From the NCBI GenBank assembly GCA_963693055.1, contig OY843751.1, forward strand, positions 5,280,001 to 5,344,000: 64,000 nt of DNA, given 5' to 3'. Made by a program: the position numbers and the translations under genes. Each line of letters opens with the position of its first letter. The stretch's first letter is position 1. Under the pieces are notes generated by a model that saw only the letters and a list, made by a program, of their open reading frames with translations, did not search any database and was not told the origin of the DNA. Below, in pieces: positions 10,407 to 19,482 of this stretch. Source of the DNA: a bacterium. GTDB taxonomy: Bacteria; Zhuqueibacterota; Zhuqueibacteria; Residuimicrobiales; Krinioviventaceae.

Positions 10407-10434
10407 AATTTAAGACAAAAAAATATATTGTCAA
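10407..10434 (-). promoter_or_regulatory. sigma70-like promoter of the Rrf2-met/cys operon
   Basis: TTGACA (10434-10429), 16-nt spacer, TAAATT (10412-10407). Confidence 0.5.
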
Positions 10435-10586
10435 GATTTATTTACAATTAAACCGGATTACTGCCGCATTTATTTCCAAAATCACACAGAAAAAATCATT
10501 GCTTTTCTTAAGATTTTGACTATTTTATAGAACATAGGGGCAAAGAATTGGGTACCAGCTGGCTGATTAAACTCTAGAGGAACAAG

Positions 10587-13500
10587 ATGAAAAGTATTAT
10601 TCGCTTTACCGTTTTGCTTTTTACGTTAATTCTCATATCAAGTTGCAGTAATCTAACTCCACCTGTCACCATCCAGAATCCTGTTTGCGAATACCTGACC
10701 AATCCAACAGGAATCGACACACCGTCACCAAAATTCAGTTGGCAATTGACCTCAAATCAACGGGGCCAAACACAATCCGCTTATCATATACTGGTAGCCA
10801 GCAGACCCAACAACCTTGAACAGGAATTTGGCGATTTATGGGACAGTGGAGTAATTGAATCCGGTCAAAGCCTGCACATACCATATCAGGGCAAAGCCCT
10901 GCAAAGCAACCAAACCTGCTACTGGCAGGTCAAAGTCTGGGACAAAGCAGGCAATGCTTCAAAATGGAGCGAACTAGCCCATTTTACAACAGGTATATTT
11001 GACAACTGGCAGGCAGAGTGGATTGGCAAAGACACGGATTTTCTGCCCGTTCTCGATGCTGAATATTATGACAGTCCCGCTGATCAACCCAAAGACACGG
11101 TCACTGTGAATGAGCGGTCAACGCTGCTCCGTAAAGAATTTAACACCTCCGGTACAATCAAACGCGCCATTGTAAACGTGACCGGACTGGGATTTTACGA
11201 GCTTTACCTAAACGAAACCAAAATTGGAGATAAAGCCCTCAATCCTGTCAAAACCAACTATCGCAATAAAGTCTATTACGATGTATACGATGTGACCCAC
11301 TTGCTGCAATCCGGGCAAAATGCAGTCGGTATCGAACTGGGTAACGGTTGGTTCAATCCTTTGAAAAAATGGTGGAGCTGGCGTATGCAGTGGTTTGGCC
11401 CCAAACGGGCCATTCTACAAATGCTGATCGAATATAAAGATGGCAGTACGGAACAGGTTATAACCGATGGGTCATGGAAAGCTTCTGATGGTGCAATTCT
11501 CTCAAGCTGTGTTTATGATGGTGAATATTACGATGCCAGAATTGAAAAACAAGGGTGGAACGCAACAGAGTATAATGATTCTCAATGGGAACCGGTCAAA
11601 ACCATGACGGCTCCCGGAGGAAAGCTGGTTGCCCAAACCATGGAACCTATCAAAATCACCCAAACACTGGAACCCGTTTCGGCTACAGAGCCGCAAAAGG
11701 GAGTTTATGTCTATGATATGGGACAAAATTTTGCCGGCTGGGCAAAAATTAAATTAAACGGAACAGCAAATACAATTATGACCGTGCAATATGCGGAAAA
11801 CCTGCTACAAAACGGTCTCGTGGACAAGAACACAAATAATCTGGTAGCAGCAAAAGATACATATATATTGAATGGTAATGAATCAGAAACCTATGAACCT
11901 CATTTTACTTATCACGGATTTCGATATATTCAGATTACCGCTGAACCTACCCTGCCCGAAATTGAATCCGTTACCGGTTGTGTGGTACATTCCGCCTGTG
12001 ATTTAACCGGATCATTCGAGACTGGAAACATCTTACTCGACAAAGTACAGCAGGCAACACTGTGGTCACAACGCAGCAATATGGTGGGATACCCCATGGA
12101 TTGTCCCCAACGCGATGAGCGCCTCGGTTGGTTGGGCGACGCGCACATTACGGCTGAAGAAGCCATGTACAATTTTCATACTCCCCTGTTTTACAAATAC
12201 TGGTTAAACAGTATACAACTCGGCCAGGACGAGCAGAGTGGCGACATCCCCTACATTGTTCCCCGCCCCTTAATGGAAGGCGGCACCCCGGCATGGAGCT
12301 CTGCCTATATTTTGATCTTGTGGTACCATTACCAGTTCTATGGTGACAAACAGCTCCTTGCGGACCATTATGAAAATCTAAAGGCTTATTTAGACCATTT
12401 ATCATCCACTGCTGAGGGATATATCCTCCCACATGACAAATACGGGGACTGGTACAGTATTGAACCCGACTGGTCACGGGGAAAACCCGAATCCGTGGGC
12501 ACATTTTACTATTATTACAACAGCATCTTGCTGAGTAAAATCGCTGGCATTCTGAATCTGCCGGATGATCAGCAAAAATACAACGAGCTTTCAAACAAAA
12601 TACAAGACGCCTATAATAAAAAGTATTTCGACGCCAAACAAAACATTTATGAAAATGGCGGACAGTACTCCAACTCGGCACCTCTGTTCCTGGGTATTAC
12701 TCCGGATGCTTCCCGGCAGGATGTACTACAATCGCTATTCCAGGATATCATCAAACGCGACAAGGGTCACATTTTGACCGGTATTTTGGGTACAAAATAC
12801 ATGATGGAAGCCCTGTCAAACGCTGGCGCTTACGAAATCGCATACCTGCTCGCAACCCAGCCCGACTATCCCGGTTGGTACGATCTGGTGAAAACCCGCA
12901 CTACCTTGTCCGAACATTGGGACCAGAGCGGCTCTAATAATCATGTTATGTTTGGCAGTATCAGCTCATGGTATTACAAGTTCCTGGCAGGTATTCAAAC
13001 AGACGAAACCCAGCCCGGCTTTAAACATATTATCATCAAACCCTATATTCAGGCAGAAACAGGCTATGTAGATGCAACGGTTAACACCTTGTACGGCATT
13101 GTCAAATCCAATTGGACATGCACAGAAACAGATTATCAATTAAGCATAACTATCCCCGTAAACACCACGGCAACAGTTTACCTGCCTGCCAAAGATAAAG
13201 AATCTGTCAAAGAAAGCAAAAAACCGGCAATAAACGCAGAGGGTGTACAATTTGTAAGAATGGATGGAAACCTTGCGGTATTTAAGGTTGGCTCCGGCAA
13301 TTATTCATTTTCAGTTGGCGACATTGAATCCGTAATCGACAAGCCGGCTGTTACCAGTCCCGAGATCACTCCCAATCTGCAATACTTTTTCAAACCGGAC
13401 AAGCTGACTATTGAATTAAAATGCGGTTCAAAGGATGCAAAGATCTATTATACACTGGATGGATCAGAACCGACTCAGGAATCCACATTGTACAAAAAAC

Positions 13501-14027
13501 CCTTTAGCATAGACAGCAGTACCCAGGTACGGGCCAGGTCCTTTAAAGCGGGCTGCAAACCCAGCCAAATTGCTTTCAAGCTGTACACCTGTATTGATCC
13601 TGAAAAAAATGGCGTTCAATATCAGATCTATAATGGTAATTTTCAGGAAATGCCCAATTTCAACACATTGCAGCCGGATGCCCAGGGATATGTTTACAAT
13701 ATTGATCTTAAAGACCTGCCCCTCACAACCAACATGTTTGCTGTCCAGTATAATGGATTTATCGATATTGAGCAGGCTGGCGATTATACTTTTTACAGCG
13801 GTTCGAATGACGGCAGCATTGTTTATATTGACGAAAAGATCGTCGTGGACAATGGCACCGGGCACATCTATATTGAAAAAAGCGGTGATGTACATCTCGA
13901 GTCCGGCAGACACAAAATCCGTACAACCTATTTCCAAAAAGGCGGCGCTAAAGCATTGGATGTAAGTTATGAAGGCCCGGGAATCGAAAAACAGATCGTC
14001 CCGGCGTTGATATTGTTTAGGGAATAA
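10587..14027 (+). CDS. GH78 alpha-L-rhamnosidase-type lipoprotein with FN3/chitobiase-like and PA14 domains
   Basis: LWDSG, GLGFYE, DMGQNFAG, FTYHGFRY, DCPQRDERLGWLGD, TTLSEHW, SNNHVMFG; IYYTLDGSEP; SNDGSIVYID (PA14). Confidence 0.93.
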   Translation: MKSIIRFTVLLFTLILISSCSNLTPPVTIQNPVCEYLTNPTGIDTPSPKFSWQLTSNQRGQTQSAYHILVASRPNNLEQEFGDLWDSGVIESGQSLHIPYQGKALQSNQTCYWQVKVWDKAGNASKWSELAHFTTGIFDNWQAEWIGKDTDFLPVLDAEYYDSPADQPKDTVTVNERSTLLRKEFNTSGTIKRAIVNVTGLGFYELYLNETKIGDKALNPVKTNYRNKVYYDVYDVTHLLQSGQNAVGIELGNGWFNPLKKWWSWRMQWFGPKRAILQMLIEYKDGSTEQVITDGSWKASDGAILSSCVYDGEYYDARIEKQGWNATEYNDSQWEPVKTMTAPGGKLVAQTMEPIKITQTLEPVSATEPQKGVYVYDMGQNFAGWAKIKLNGTANTIMTVQYAENLLQNGLVDKNTNNLVAAKDTYILNGNESETYEPHFTYHGFRYIQITAEPTLPEIESVTGCVVHSACDLTGSFETGNILLDKVQQATLWSQRSNMVGYPMDCPQRDERLGWLGDAHITAEEAMYNFHTPLFYKYWLNSIQLGQDEQSGDIPYIVPRPLMEGGTPAWSSAYILILWYHYQFYGDKQLLADHYENLKAYLDHLSSTAEGYILPHDKYGDWYSIEPDWSRGKPESVGTFYYYYNSILLSKIAGILNLPDDQQKYNELSNKIQDAYNKKYFDAKQNIYENGGQYSNSAPLFLGITPDASRQDVLQSLFQDIIKRDKGHILTGILGTKYMMEALSNAGAYEIAYLLATQPDYPGWYDLVKTRTTLSEHWDQSGSNNHVMFGSISSWYYKFLAGIQTDETQPGFKHIIIKPYIQAETGYVDATVNTLYGIVKSNWTCTETDYQLSITIPVNTTATVYLPAKDKESVKESKKPAINAEGVQFVRMDGNLAVFKVGSGNYSFSVGDIESVIDKPAVTSPEITPNLQYFFKPDKLTIELKCGSKDAKIYYTLDGSEPTQESTLYKKPFSIDSSTQVRARSFKAGCKPSQIAFKLYTCIDPEKNGVQYQIYNGNFQEMPNFNTLQPDAQGYVYNIDLKDLPLTTNMFAVQYNGFIDIEQAGDYTFYSGSNDGSIVYIDEKIVVDNGTGHIYIEKSGDVHLESGRHKIRTTYFQKGGAKALDVSYEGPGIEKQIVPALILFRE

Positions 14028-14157
14028 TATCAAGTCGTCAGTTATCAGTATTCAGTAATCAGTGATTGACTTGCAGGATACGAATTGCTATGTCATTTTT
14101 GAAAAACTGAACCACAAAGTCGCAAAGGATACATAGATCAATTTGAGGACAAGCGAG

Positions 14158-14203
14158 TTTGTAAAACGAAATTCATTTCGTTTGTCCGTCACAGTCGGAC
14201 ATG
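14158..14203 (+). repeat. GTAG-tagged REP, ACGAAAT family, copy 2
   Basis: TTTGTAAAACGAAATTCATTTCGTTTGTCCGTCACAGTCGGACATG. Confidence 0.7.
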
Positions 14204-14238
14204 AACAAGAGTAGTTTCAATTGTGAACTATTTTAATT

Positions 14239-14310
14239 AAACCACAAAGCGCACGAAGGACACAAAGGAACAACAAAACAATCTTTTGTGTTCTTCTTTT
14301 CTTCGTGGTT
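14239..14310. repeat. AACCACAAAG/ACACAAAG-type inverted repeat
   Basis: AACCACAAAGCGCACGAAGGACACAAAG ... TTTTGTGTTCTTCTTTTCTTCGTGGTT; related half-copies near 5203, 14110 and 49230. Confidence 0.55.
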
Positions 14311-14333
14311 TAAATTTGAGTGCAGAAATTTAA

Positions 14334-14364
14334 GATCGTGACGAAGATAATCTCCGTCACGATC
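14334..14364. repeat. GATC-GTGACGGAGA palindrome, copy 1
   Basis: GATCGTGACGAAGATAATCTCCGTCACGATC. Confidence 0.85.
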
Positions 14365-14500
14365 AAAAAGAGAGTAATGTACTGGACAAAAAATAGGATT
14401 CAATGTCTTTGTTCAGTTAGAATGCTTTACATCTAACTGAACAAGTCTGGCCGTTAAAGGATTATCCAAACGATAAAAATTGAAAAAAGATTTATAACAA

Positions 14501-15700
14501 TCAGATATCAGAAAAGTTTATTTGTATATTGTGAATTAATTCTTGAAAATTTTCTTTGCTATTTTTTAAATTATCTTCTTTAAGATAATTTTTAATCATC
14601 ATTCTTTTTAAATCATTAAATATTGTAAATTTATATTTTGAACCGATATTGGAATTTTCAATGATTAAGTCATTCAATATTTTTTGTTGATTTACATTTG
14701 TTATCTTATCCCATACTGATGGAGTAATAAACCAGTGATCCGTTCCATAAATCATCCAACTTTCTAACATGTCAAGAATTTCTATTGTTGTAGGAAAATT
14801 TGACAAGTATGAATTGAGATAATCAGAATTTTCTTCGGCACTAACAAATAAAATATTTGTTTTATTAATTTCAGGAATGATTAGAAGAATAGCATGAATA
14901 TTTGTAATTGATCCTCGATCATCTACTTTGAAATTTCCTTTTCCCGATAAACATACGGGTAAAACTTCATCTATTTGTAGAATTCTAATTGCTAAACCTG
15001 ATTTAGAGTTATTTTCAATATCATTGATTATATTATTCAACAAGGTGTTATTAAAATACTCATACTCTTTTTCAATTTGAGATAATAAGTGATTAATAGC
15101 ATTGCTCTTCGTATCATTTAAATTGATTTTATAACTTTTCAATTTTCTGAGCTTCAAATATTCATATAAAGAATCAATTATTTTTTTATTTCTTATTTGT
15201 TGGTAAGAAAAATTCACTTGTTCTAAAAATTCTATTTCAGTTTTATACCTAATAATTTCTCTACAAATAGATCTATATATTTGTAACAAATAATGTTTGG
15301 TTTCATTAAAAGTACCCAAATTTTCTTGTTCTCTAAAAATCAATTCATGTTCTTCACAAAACCCAGGAAATGTAGTTGCTACATTTAGTCCAATTTTTTT
15401 CATTTGCATTTTTCCAGATTTTACATCAAAATCTGGAGTATATAAATGGTTATCTTCAGATATAACTTTAAGTGATGAGCTTTTAGGAATTGTGTGTGAT
15501 TTTTTAATACTTTTTTTATTACAATTCTTGTAAATACATTTTCTACTTTTTTTCCATTTTTTTATCTGCTTTTTGTTATTTTGATAATAAAATTTTAATC
15601 TCTCAGAATCATTTTCAAAAACAAAATTTCTTTTGTTATAAAACTCGTTAATAAGTTTGTCTATTGCCTCAGACAATATTTTTTCCATCTTTGTTTTCAT
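14501..15700 (-). CDS. very AT-rich hypothetical protein with putative metal-binding C/H motifs
   Basis: 399-aa ORF rich in K/N/I; CIYKNC...KSHTIP and TTFPGFCEEHE motifs; composition far below the window average. Confidence 0.8.
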   Translation of the reverse strand: MKTKMEKILSEAIDKLINEFYNKRNFVFENDSERLKFYYQNNKKQIKKWKKSRKCIYKNCNKKSIKKSHTIPKSSSLKVISEDNHLYTPDFDVKSGKMQMKKIGLNVATTFPGFCEEHELIFREQENLGTFNETKHYLLQIYRSICREIIRYKTEIEFLEQVNFSYQQIRNKKIIDSLYEYLKLRKLKSYKINLNDTKSNAINHLLSQIEKEYEYFNNTLLNNIINDIENNSKSGLAIRILQIDEVLPVCLSGKGNFKVDDRGSITNIHAILLIIPEINKTNILFVSAEENSDYLNSYLSNFPTTIEILDMLESWMIYGTDHWFITPSVWDKITNVNQQKILNDLIIENSNIGSKYKFTIFNDLKRMMIKNYLKEDNLKNSKENFQELIHNIQINFSDI

Positions 15701-15935
15701 AGTATAATATTCAATTTCGTTTGCATATGTAAAAAACCTGAATCAAATTGGAAAACTCATTAGATTAGATTTAAAAAATAAAGAAAAATATTATCTTGAT
15801 CAACTAGAATTGCTACGCATAATTAATATCAATTGACAAAAACAAAATAACGATTATTAATCTTTGAAAATCTGTGTTGATTTGTGGCTGACTTACACTC
15901 TCCAGCTTAACAACTGAGAAATTATTTTATTACCA

Positions 15936-15966
15936 GATCGTGACGGAGATGATCTCCGTCACGATC
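15936..15966. repeat. GATC-GTGACGGAGA palindrome, copy 2
   Basis: GATCGTGACGGAGATGATCTCCGTCACGATC, a perfect palindrome, 29/31 identical to copy 1. Confidence 0.85.
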
Positions 15967-16024
15967 ATATCTTTTCGCATTTATATACGGTTTACTTTAA
16001 AGACTGTAACCATGAGTAATAAAC

Positions 16025-17074
16025 TCATTTCACCTTTTTAATGGTCCCTTCTACCTTGCCGCCCACTGCAAAGGTTACCTCATCCCCGGATTCACTAAAC
16101 TCGAGTTCAACTTGGACAAATTTTGAAAAGAATTTTGTTTCACTCTCTGCGCAAACCGGACGAAAATCCTGATTTCTTACAGCCACCCACAATACATCAT
16201 TTTCCAGTTTGACTTTGAGGGTGTTGGTAGGACTCCAACGATACGCACCGGTATATTTTCTCAATACATCCACAGGTACGGTTATTTCAGCTCGTGGTAA
16301 TTCCTGTCCTGCTGCCGCAGCCGGCAATTCACGTACCCAGATATTGCGGTATCGTACAGGATTCCCATGGTCCTGCAAGGCCAGCGGTAACTTGTCCGGA
16401 TGCCAACTGTAAGGCAGCCGTTCGGTCCAACTTGTGGGTCCCAGAATCTCCACATGGTCCTGCGTCAATACACCGTTATGAAAAACGGTAACAGTACCCG
16501 GTTTCAGCAATTCTTTTTCACAGTTAAATTTTGGTGCATGAAAAATAATATCATAGGTCTGCCATTCACCCGGTTTCAGACATGCGTTCACCTGCGGAGG
16601 ATACTCACCATAAATCGCGGAACACTGTCCATCTGAATATGTGGGGTTCTCATAGTTGTCCAAAACCTGAACTTCATATTTGCCCATCAGAAAAACGCCA
16701 CTATTTCCGCGCGCCTGGCTCTTCCCTTCTGCAGCAGTAGGTGTAGAAAATTCCACATGCAGTTGGCAGTCGCCAAAATTACGCAGGGTACGAATATAGC
16801 CGCTGCCCTTTACGCATTCCATGTTGCCGTCTTTGACGATCCATTTTGCCGGACCTCCATCCAGGCTCCGCCATTGTGACAGGTCTTTACCATCAAACAG
16901 CACAACCGCATCTGAAGGAACATTGCCAGGCTTGGCCTGACTGCTGAACGTTCCGGGAGTGATAATTGCCGGATTGGGTCGGGAAATATCATGAATTTTC
17001 CAATGATCAGCAGAAAAAACAAAATCGCTTCCCAAAACCAAAAAAACAAGAATAGCTAGATTTAATCGTTTCAT
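16025..17074 (-). CDS. DUF1080 (3-keto-disaccharide hydrolase family) protein with C-terminal DUF3471-like domain
   Basis: PSDAVVLFDGKDLSQW, GNSGVF, YEVQVLD, LQDHGNPVRYRNIW; signal peptide; GAGAGG SD before ATG 17074. Confidence 0.88.
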   Translation of the reverse strand: MKRLNLAILVFLVLGSDFVFSADHWKIHDISRPNPAIITPGTFSSQAKPGNVPSDAVVLFDGKDLSQWRSLDGGPAKWIVKDGNMECVKGSGYIRTLRNFGDCQLHVEFSTPTAAEGKSQARGNSGVFLMGKYEVQVLDNYENPTYSDGQCSAIYGEYPPQVNACLKPGEWQTYDIIFHAPKFNCEKELLKPGTVTVFHNGVLTQDHVEILGPTSWTERLPYSWHPDKLPLALQDHGNPVRYRNIWVRELPAAAAGQELPRAEITVPVDVLRKYTGAYRWSPTNTLKVKLENDVLWVAVRNQDFRPVCAESETKFFSKFVQVELEFSESGDEVTFAVGGKVEGTIKKVK

Positions 17075-17089
17075 AACAATCCTCTCTAT

Positions 17090-17134
17090 AAAAAAACCGG
17101 TTGTCATTGTTAAAAATTAACAATGTTCAACCGG
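17090..17134 (-). terminator. intrinsic terminator-like hairpin between the DUF1080 genes
   Basis: Minus strand CCGGTTGAACATTGTTAA-TTT-TTAACAATGACAACCGG followed by a T7 run. Confidence 0.65.
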
Positions 17135-17178
17135 CAACATTCTTGAGCTCAATTCACTAGCAATGAACCTTTTTACGC

Positions 17179-17874
17179 TTAATCATCAATATCAGTATTA
17201 ACAACTGCCGGGAATTCGGTAAGGGGACCCAAATCAATCAGTCTGATATTTTTCCATTTAACCTGAGTTCCTTCTTTATCTTTATTGGTACCAATACCAT
17301 GTACCTGCAATGCTATAAAACCATTCGGGGTCATATCGTCAACCAGATTTGCACAAGGAACACCATTCAACCAGGTACGGATAGAGCTGCCAATAGCTTC
17401 AATGTGAACATGGTTCCAATCGTTATGCTTGAACGCATTACGTCCCGCTTCATTAAAACGCAAGTCATACAACCAACCTCTACGGGCTTCATCGTAAATA
17501 CCGCAAGACCATGCACGATCAGAAGGATCAATCTCTACCTGGTAACCATGAACGCGTCCGTTTCTATAATCCTTGTTGCTCAAACTACGGATCTGTACAC
17601 CTGAATTCAATTTTTCATCTACAATATAATCGTATTCTAAAATAAAATTGCTATAGTTATTTTTTGTGCACAAAAAGCTATTATCTGTATTCATCACACT
17701 GGTACCCACAATCATACCGTCTTGAATTTCATATTTGGCTTCGCCACCACGTTGCACCCATCCCTCAAGGTCTTTGCCGTTAAACAGCATTTCCCATTCG
17801 GCGTTTAGGCGGTTGCCGGCAGCAACCATTGCAACAATACTCAGTACTGCAACAACAATTATAGTTTTTTTCAT
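17179..17874 (-). CDS. DUF1080 (3-keto-disaccharide hydrolase family) protein
   Basis: [39 protein letters not shown]; signal peptide; start may be 17886. Confidence 0.9.
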   Translation of the reverse strand: MKKTIIVVAVLSIVAMVAAGNRLNAEWEMLFNGKDLEGWVQRGGEAKYEIQDGMIVGTSVMNTDNSFLCTKNNYSNFILEYDYIVDEKLNSGVQIRSLSNKDYRNGRVHGYQVEIDPSDRAWSCGIYDEARRGWLYDLRFNEAGRNAFKHNDWNHVHIEAIGSSIRTWLNGVPCANLVDDMTPNGFIALQVHGIGTNKDKEGTQVKWKNIRLIDLGPLTEFPAVVNTDIDD

Positions 17875-17895
17875 AATTTCCTCCATTGTATTATA

Positions 17896-19008
17896 TTATA
17901 TATATTGTGTCAAATAGTGATTTCCAAGTTCAAGCAATTTCTCTTTATTCAGTTCTGCGTTACTCACATTTTCCAAATAGCGCGAAAACTCTACCGGTAA
18001 AGAATCAATATGAGAATCCTGCAATCGTTTTTCATTATTTGCAGTAACGCGTTGAACCGATTTTTGCAGATAAAAGGTATTCTTGAAAATGGTGTCTATT
18101 TCCTTACTATCCAATTTTAAAAATGTATGCTCGTCAATATTTTCCAGAACAAGGCTAAGCATAGCATCATCCATGTCCGTAGAATTCATGCCTTCAAGAT
18201 GTTTATAGATCTCTGCCGCACTCATGTCCCGGCAATCTACTGGCCTGGGTTTATACATGGCCCGTGAAACAATCTCATTATACTCACGTGTCTTTTCATC
18301 GAGTCGCACCAGGAGATAACCGCAGGTGTTACCTGCTTCATTAAAGCTGGTACGCTCAGTTGACCCGCAATAACTGACCGTATCATTGATATCCAGATGC
18401 TTATGATAATGCCCCAGCGCTACATAATCAAATTCTATATTTAACGCTTGCGCCACATCGGGAATACGTTGTTCGTTAAACTCGCCCATGCTGTAATCCA
18501 GTTTTCCTGTCCAGGCCCCATGACTCAAAAACACATTGTATTTAGCATCGTCTGTTTCCACAGCCTCAAATGCCGCTTCCAACTCTTCTGACAAGGAACA
18601 ATGCGGAACACAATGAAAATCACACTCTCCAATACGAAAGCGCTTATATTCACTGGTATACGCGGCATATACATGAGGGAACAAGGCAATAGATTCAAAT
18701 ATAGAACCGGTTGATTTGATCCTGGGGGTCTCATGGTTTCCGGAAATGATCACAAGGGGTATACCGGCATCGCTGATACGTTGAATACCCTCCAACGCAA
18801 TGCGGATCGCCCGGTTACTGGGACGTGGCGTATGAAACAGATCTCCTGTATGCAACACAACATCCGGATGGATCTGCAAAATATTTTCAATCACCTGCTC
18901 CCAAGCATTGTATACATCCTGTTCACGTTGGTTTAACCCCGTAACAGGATCAATTTTATGATATTCAGAATAGCCGAGATGGGTGTCTGAAAAATGCAAT
19001 AGATACAT
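17896..19008 (-). CDS. sbcD: SbcD/Mre11-family DNA repair nuclease
   Basis: HFSDTHLG, GDLFH, GNHE, HG and YVALGHYH metallophosphoesterase motifs; YCGSTERTSFNE. Confidence 0.88.
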   Translation of the reverse strand: MYLLHFSDTHLGYSEYHKIDPVTGLNQREQDVYNAWEQVIENILQIHPDVVLHTGDLFHTPRPSNRAIRIALEGIQRISDAGIPLVIISGNHETPRIKSTGSIFESIALFPHVYAAYTSEYKRFRIGECDFHCVPHCSLSEELEAAFEAVETDDAKYNVFLSHGAWTGKLDYSMGEFNEQRIPDVAQALNIEFDYVALGHYHKHLDINDTVSYCGSTERTSFNEAGNTCGYLLVRLDEKTREYNEIVSRAMYKPRPVDCRDMSAAEIYKHLEGMNSTDMDDAMLSLVLENIDEHTFLKLDSKEIDTIFKNTFYLQKSVQRVTANNEKRLQDSHIDSLPVEFSRYLENVSNAELNKEKLLELGNHYLTQYI

Positions 19009-19218
19009 GAATTGTCCAAAATAATCAATGATAGAATATAACAAGATTCGGGCTTTTTGTCAAGCAGGTTAATCCGCATAGAATGGGACACTCGCGCCAC
19101 ATCCCAAAATTCATATGATGCCCCAATGCGTCACATTTTGTGGAGACACAAAACGCAGAAACGTAACAAATACTTATTATTATTGCACTTAAAGAGCATA
19201 AAATTGTTTATAAAATTA

Positions 19219-19233
19219 CGGCACAGTCTTTGT
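19219..19233 (+). promoter_or_regulatory. sigma54-like -24/-12 promoter
   Basis: CGGCAC-AGTCT-TTGT versus consensus TGGCAC-N5-TTGC; correct 10-nt spacing, GT instead of GC at -12. Confidence 0.5.
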
Positions 19234-19244
19234 ATAAACACAAG

Positions 19245-19418
19245 TAGAGTTACAAGGCAAATAGCAAACAACAGTTTACAATATAGGGAGGTTAGACAAC
19301 AACCTGATGATCATGTGATAATCGCCATTCTGTTATGGAATACGAAAAACAATTATCACAACACTAATCTCTCCTCAATGGCCGCAGTAGTCTTTTTTAC
19401 TGCGGCCATTATTTTTTT
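19245..19418 (+). ncRNA. candidate structured small RNA (about 170 nt)
   Basis: Lies between a sigma54-like promoter and a strong terminator; nested helices GGGAGGTTAG/CTAATCTCTC and GTGATAAT/ATTATCAC; no credible ORF. Confidence 0.5.
19377..19418 (+). terminator. intrinsic terminator
   Basis: AATGGCCGCAGTA-GTCTTTTT-TACTGCGGCCATT followed by ATTTTTTT. Confidence 0.85.
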
Positions 19419-19447
19419 AAACCTCTTATTTATCTCATTCTTGTTTA

Positions 19448-19476
19448 TTGACTTTTAAATCCGTCTGATATATATT
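19448..19476 (+). promoter_or_regulatory. sigma70-like promoter, possibly giving a leaderless mRNA
   Basis: TTGACT-17 nt-TATATT; ATG at 19483 lies where +1 is expected; no SD. Confidence 0.5.
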
Positions 19477-19482
19477 AAAATT

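Noticed and set aside
10368-10586. SAM/S-box riboswitch upstream of the met genes
   Set aside because: The leader is too short and AT-rich and has no S-box consensus
14411-14460. GTTAG/CTAAC-containing palindrome as an integron attC site
   Set aside because: The order and spacing do not fit RYYYAAC...GTTRRRY, there is one copy, and no integrase is present
19057-19458. 133-aa ORF across the sRNA candidate
   Set aside because: TTG start without SD, no recognisable domain, and it runs through a strong terminator
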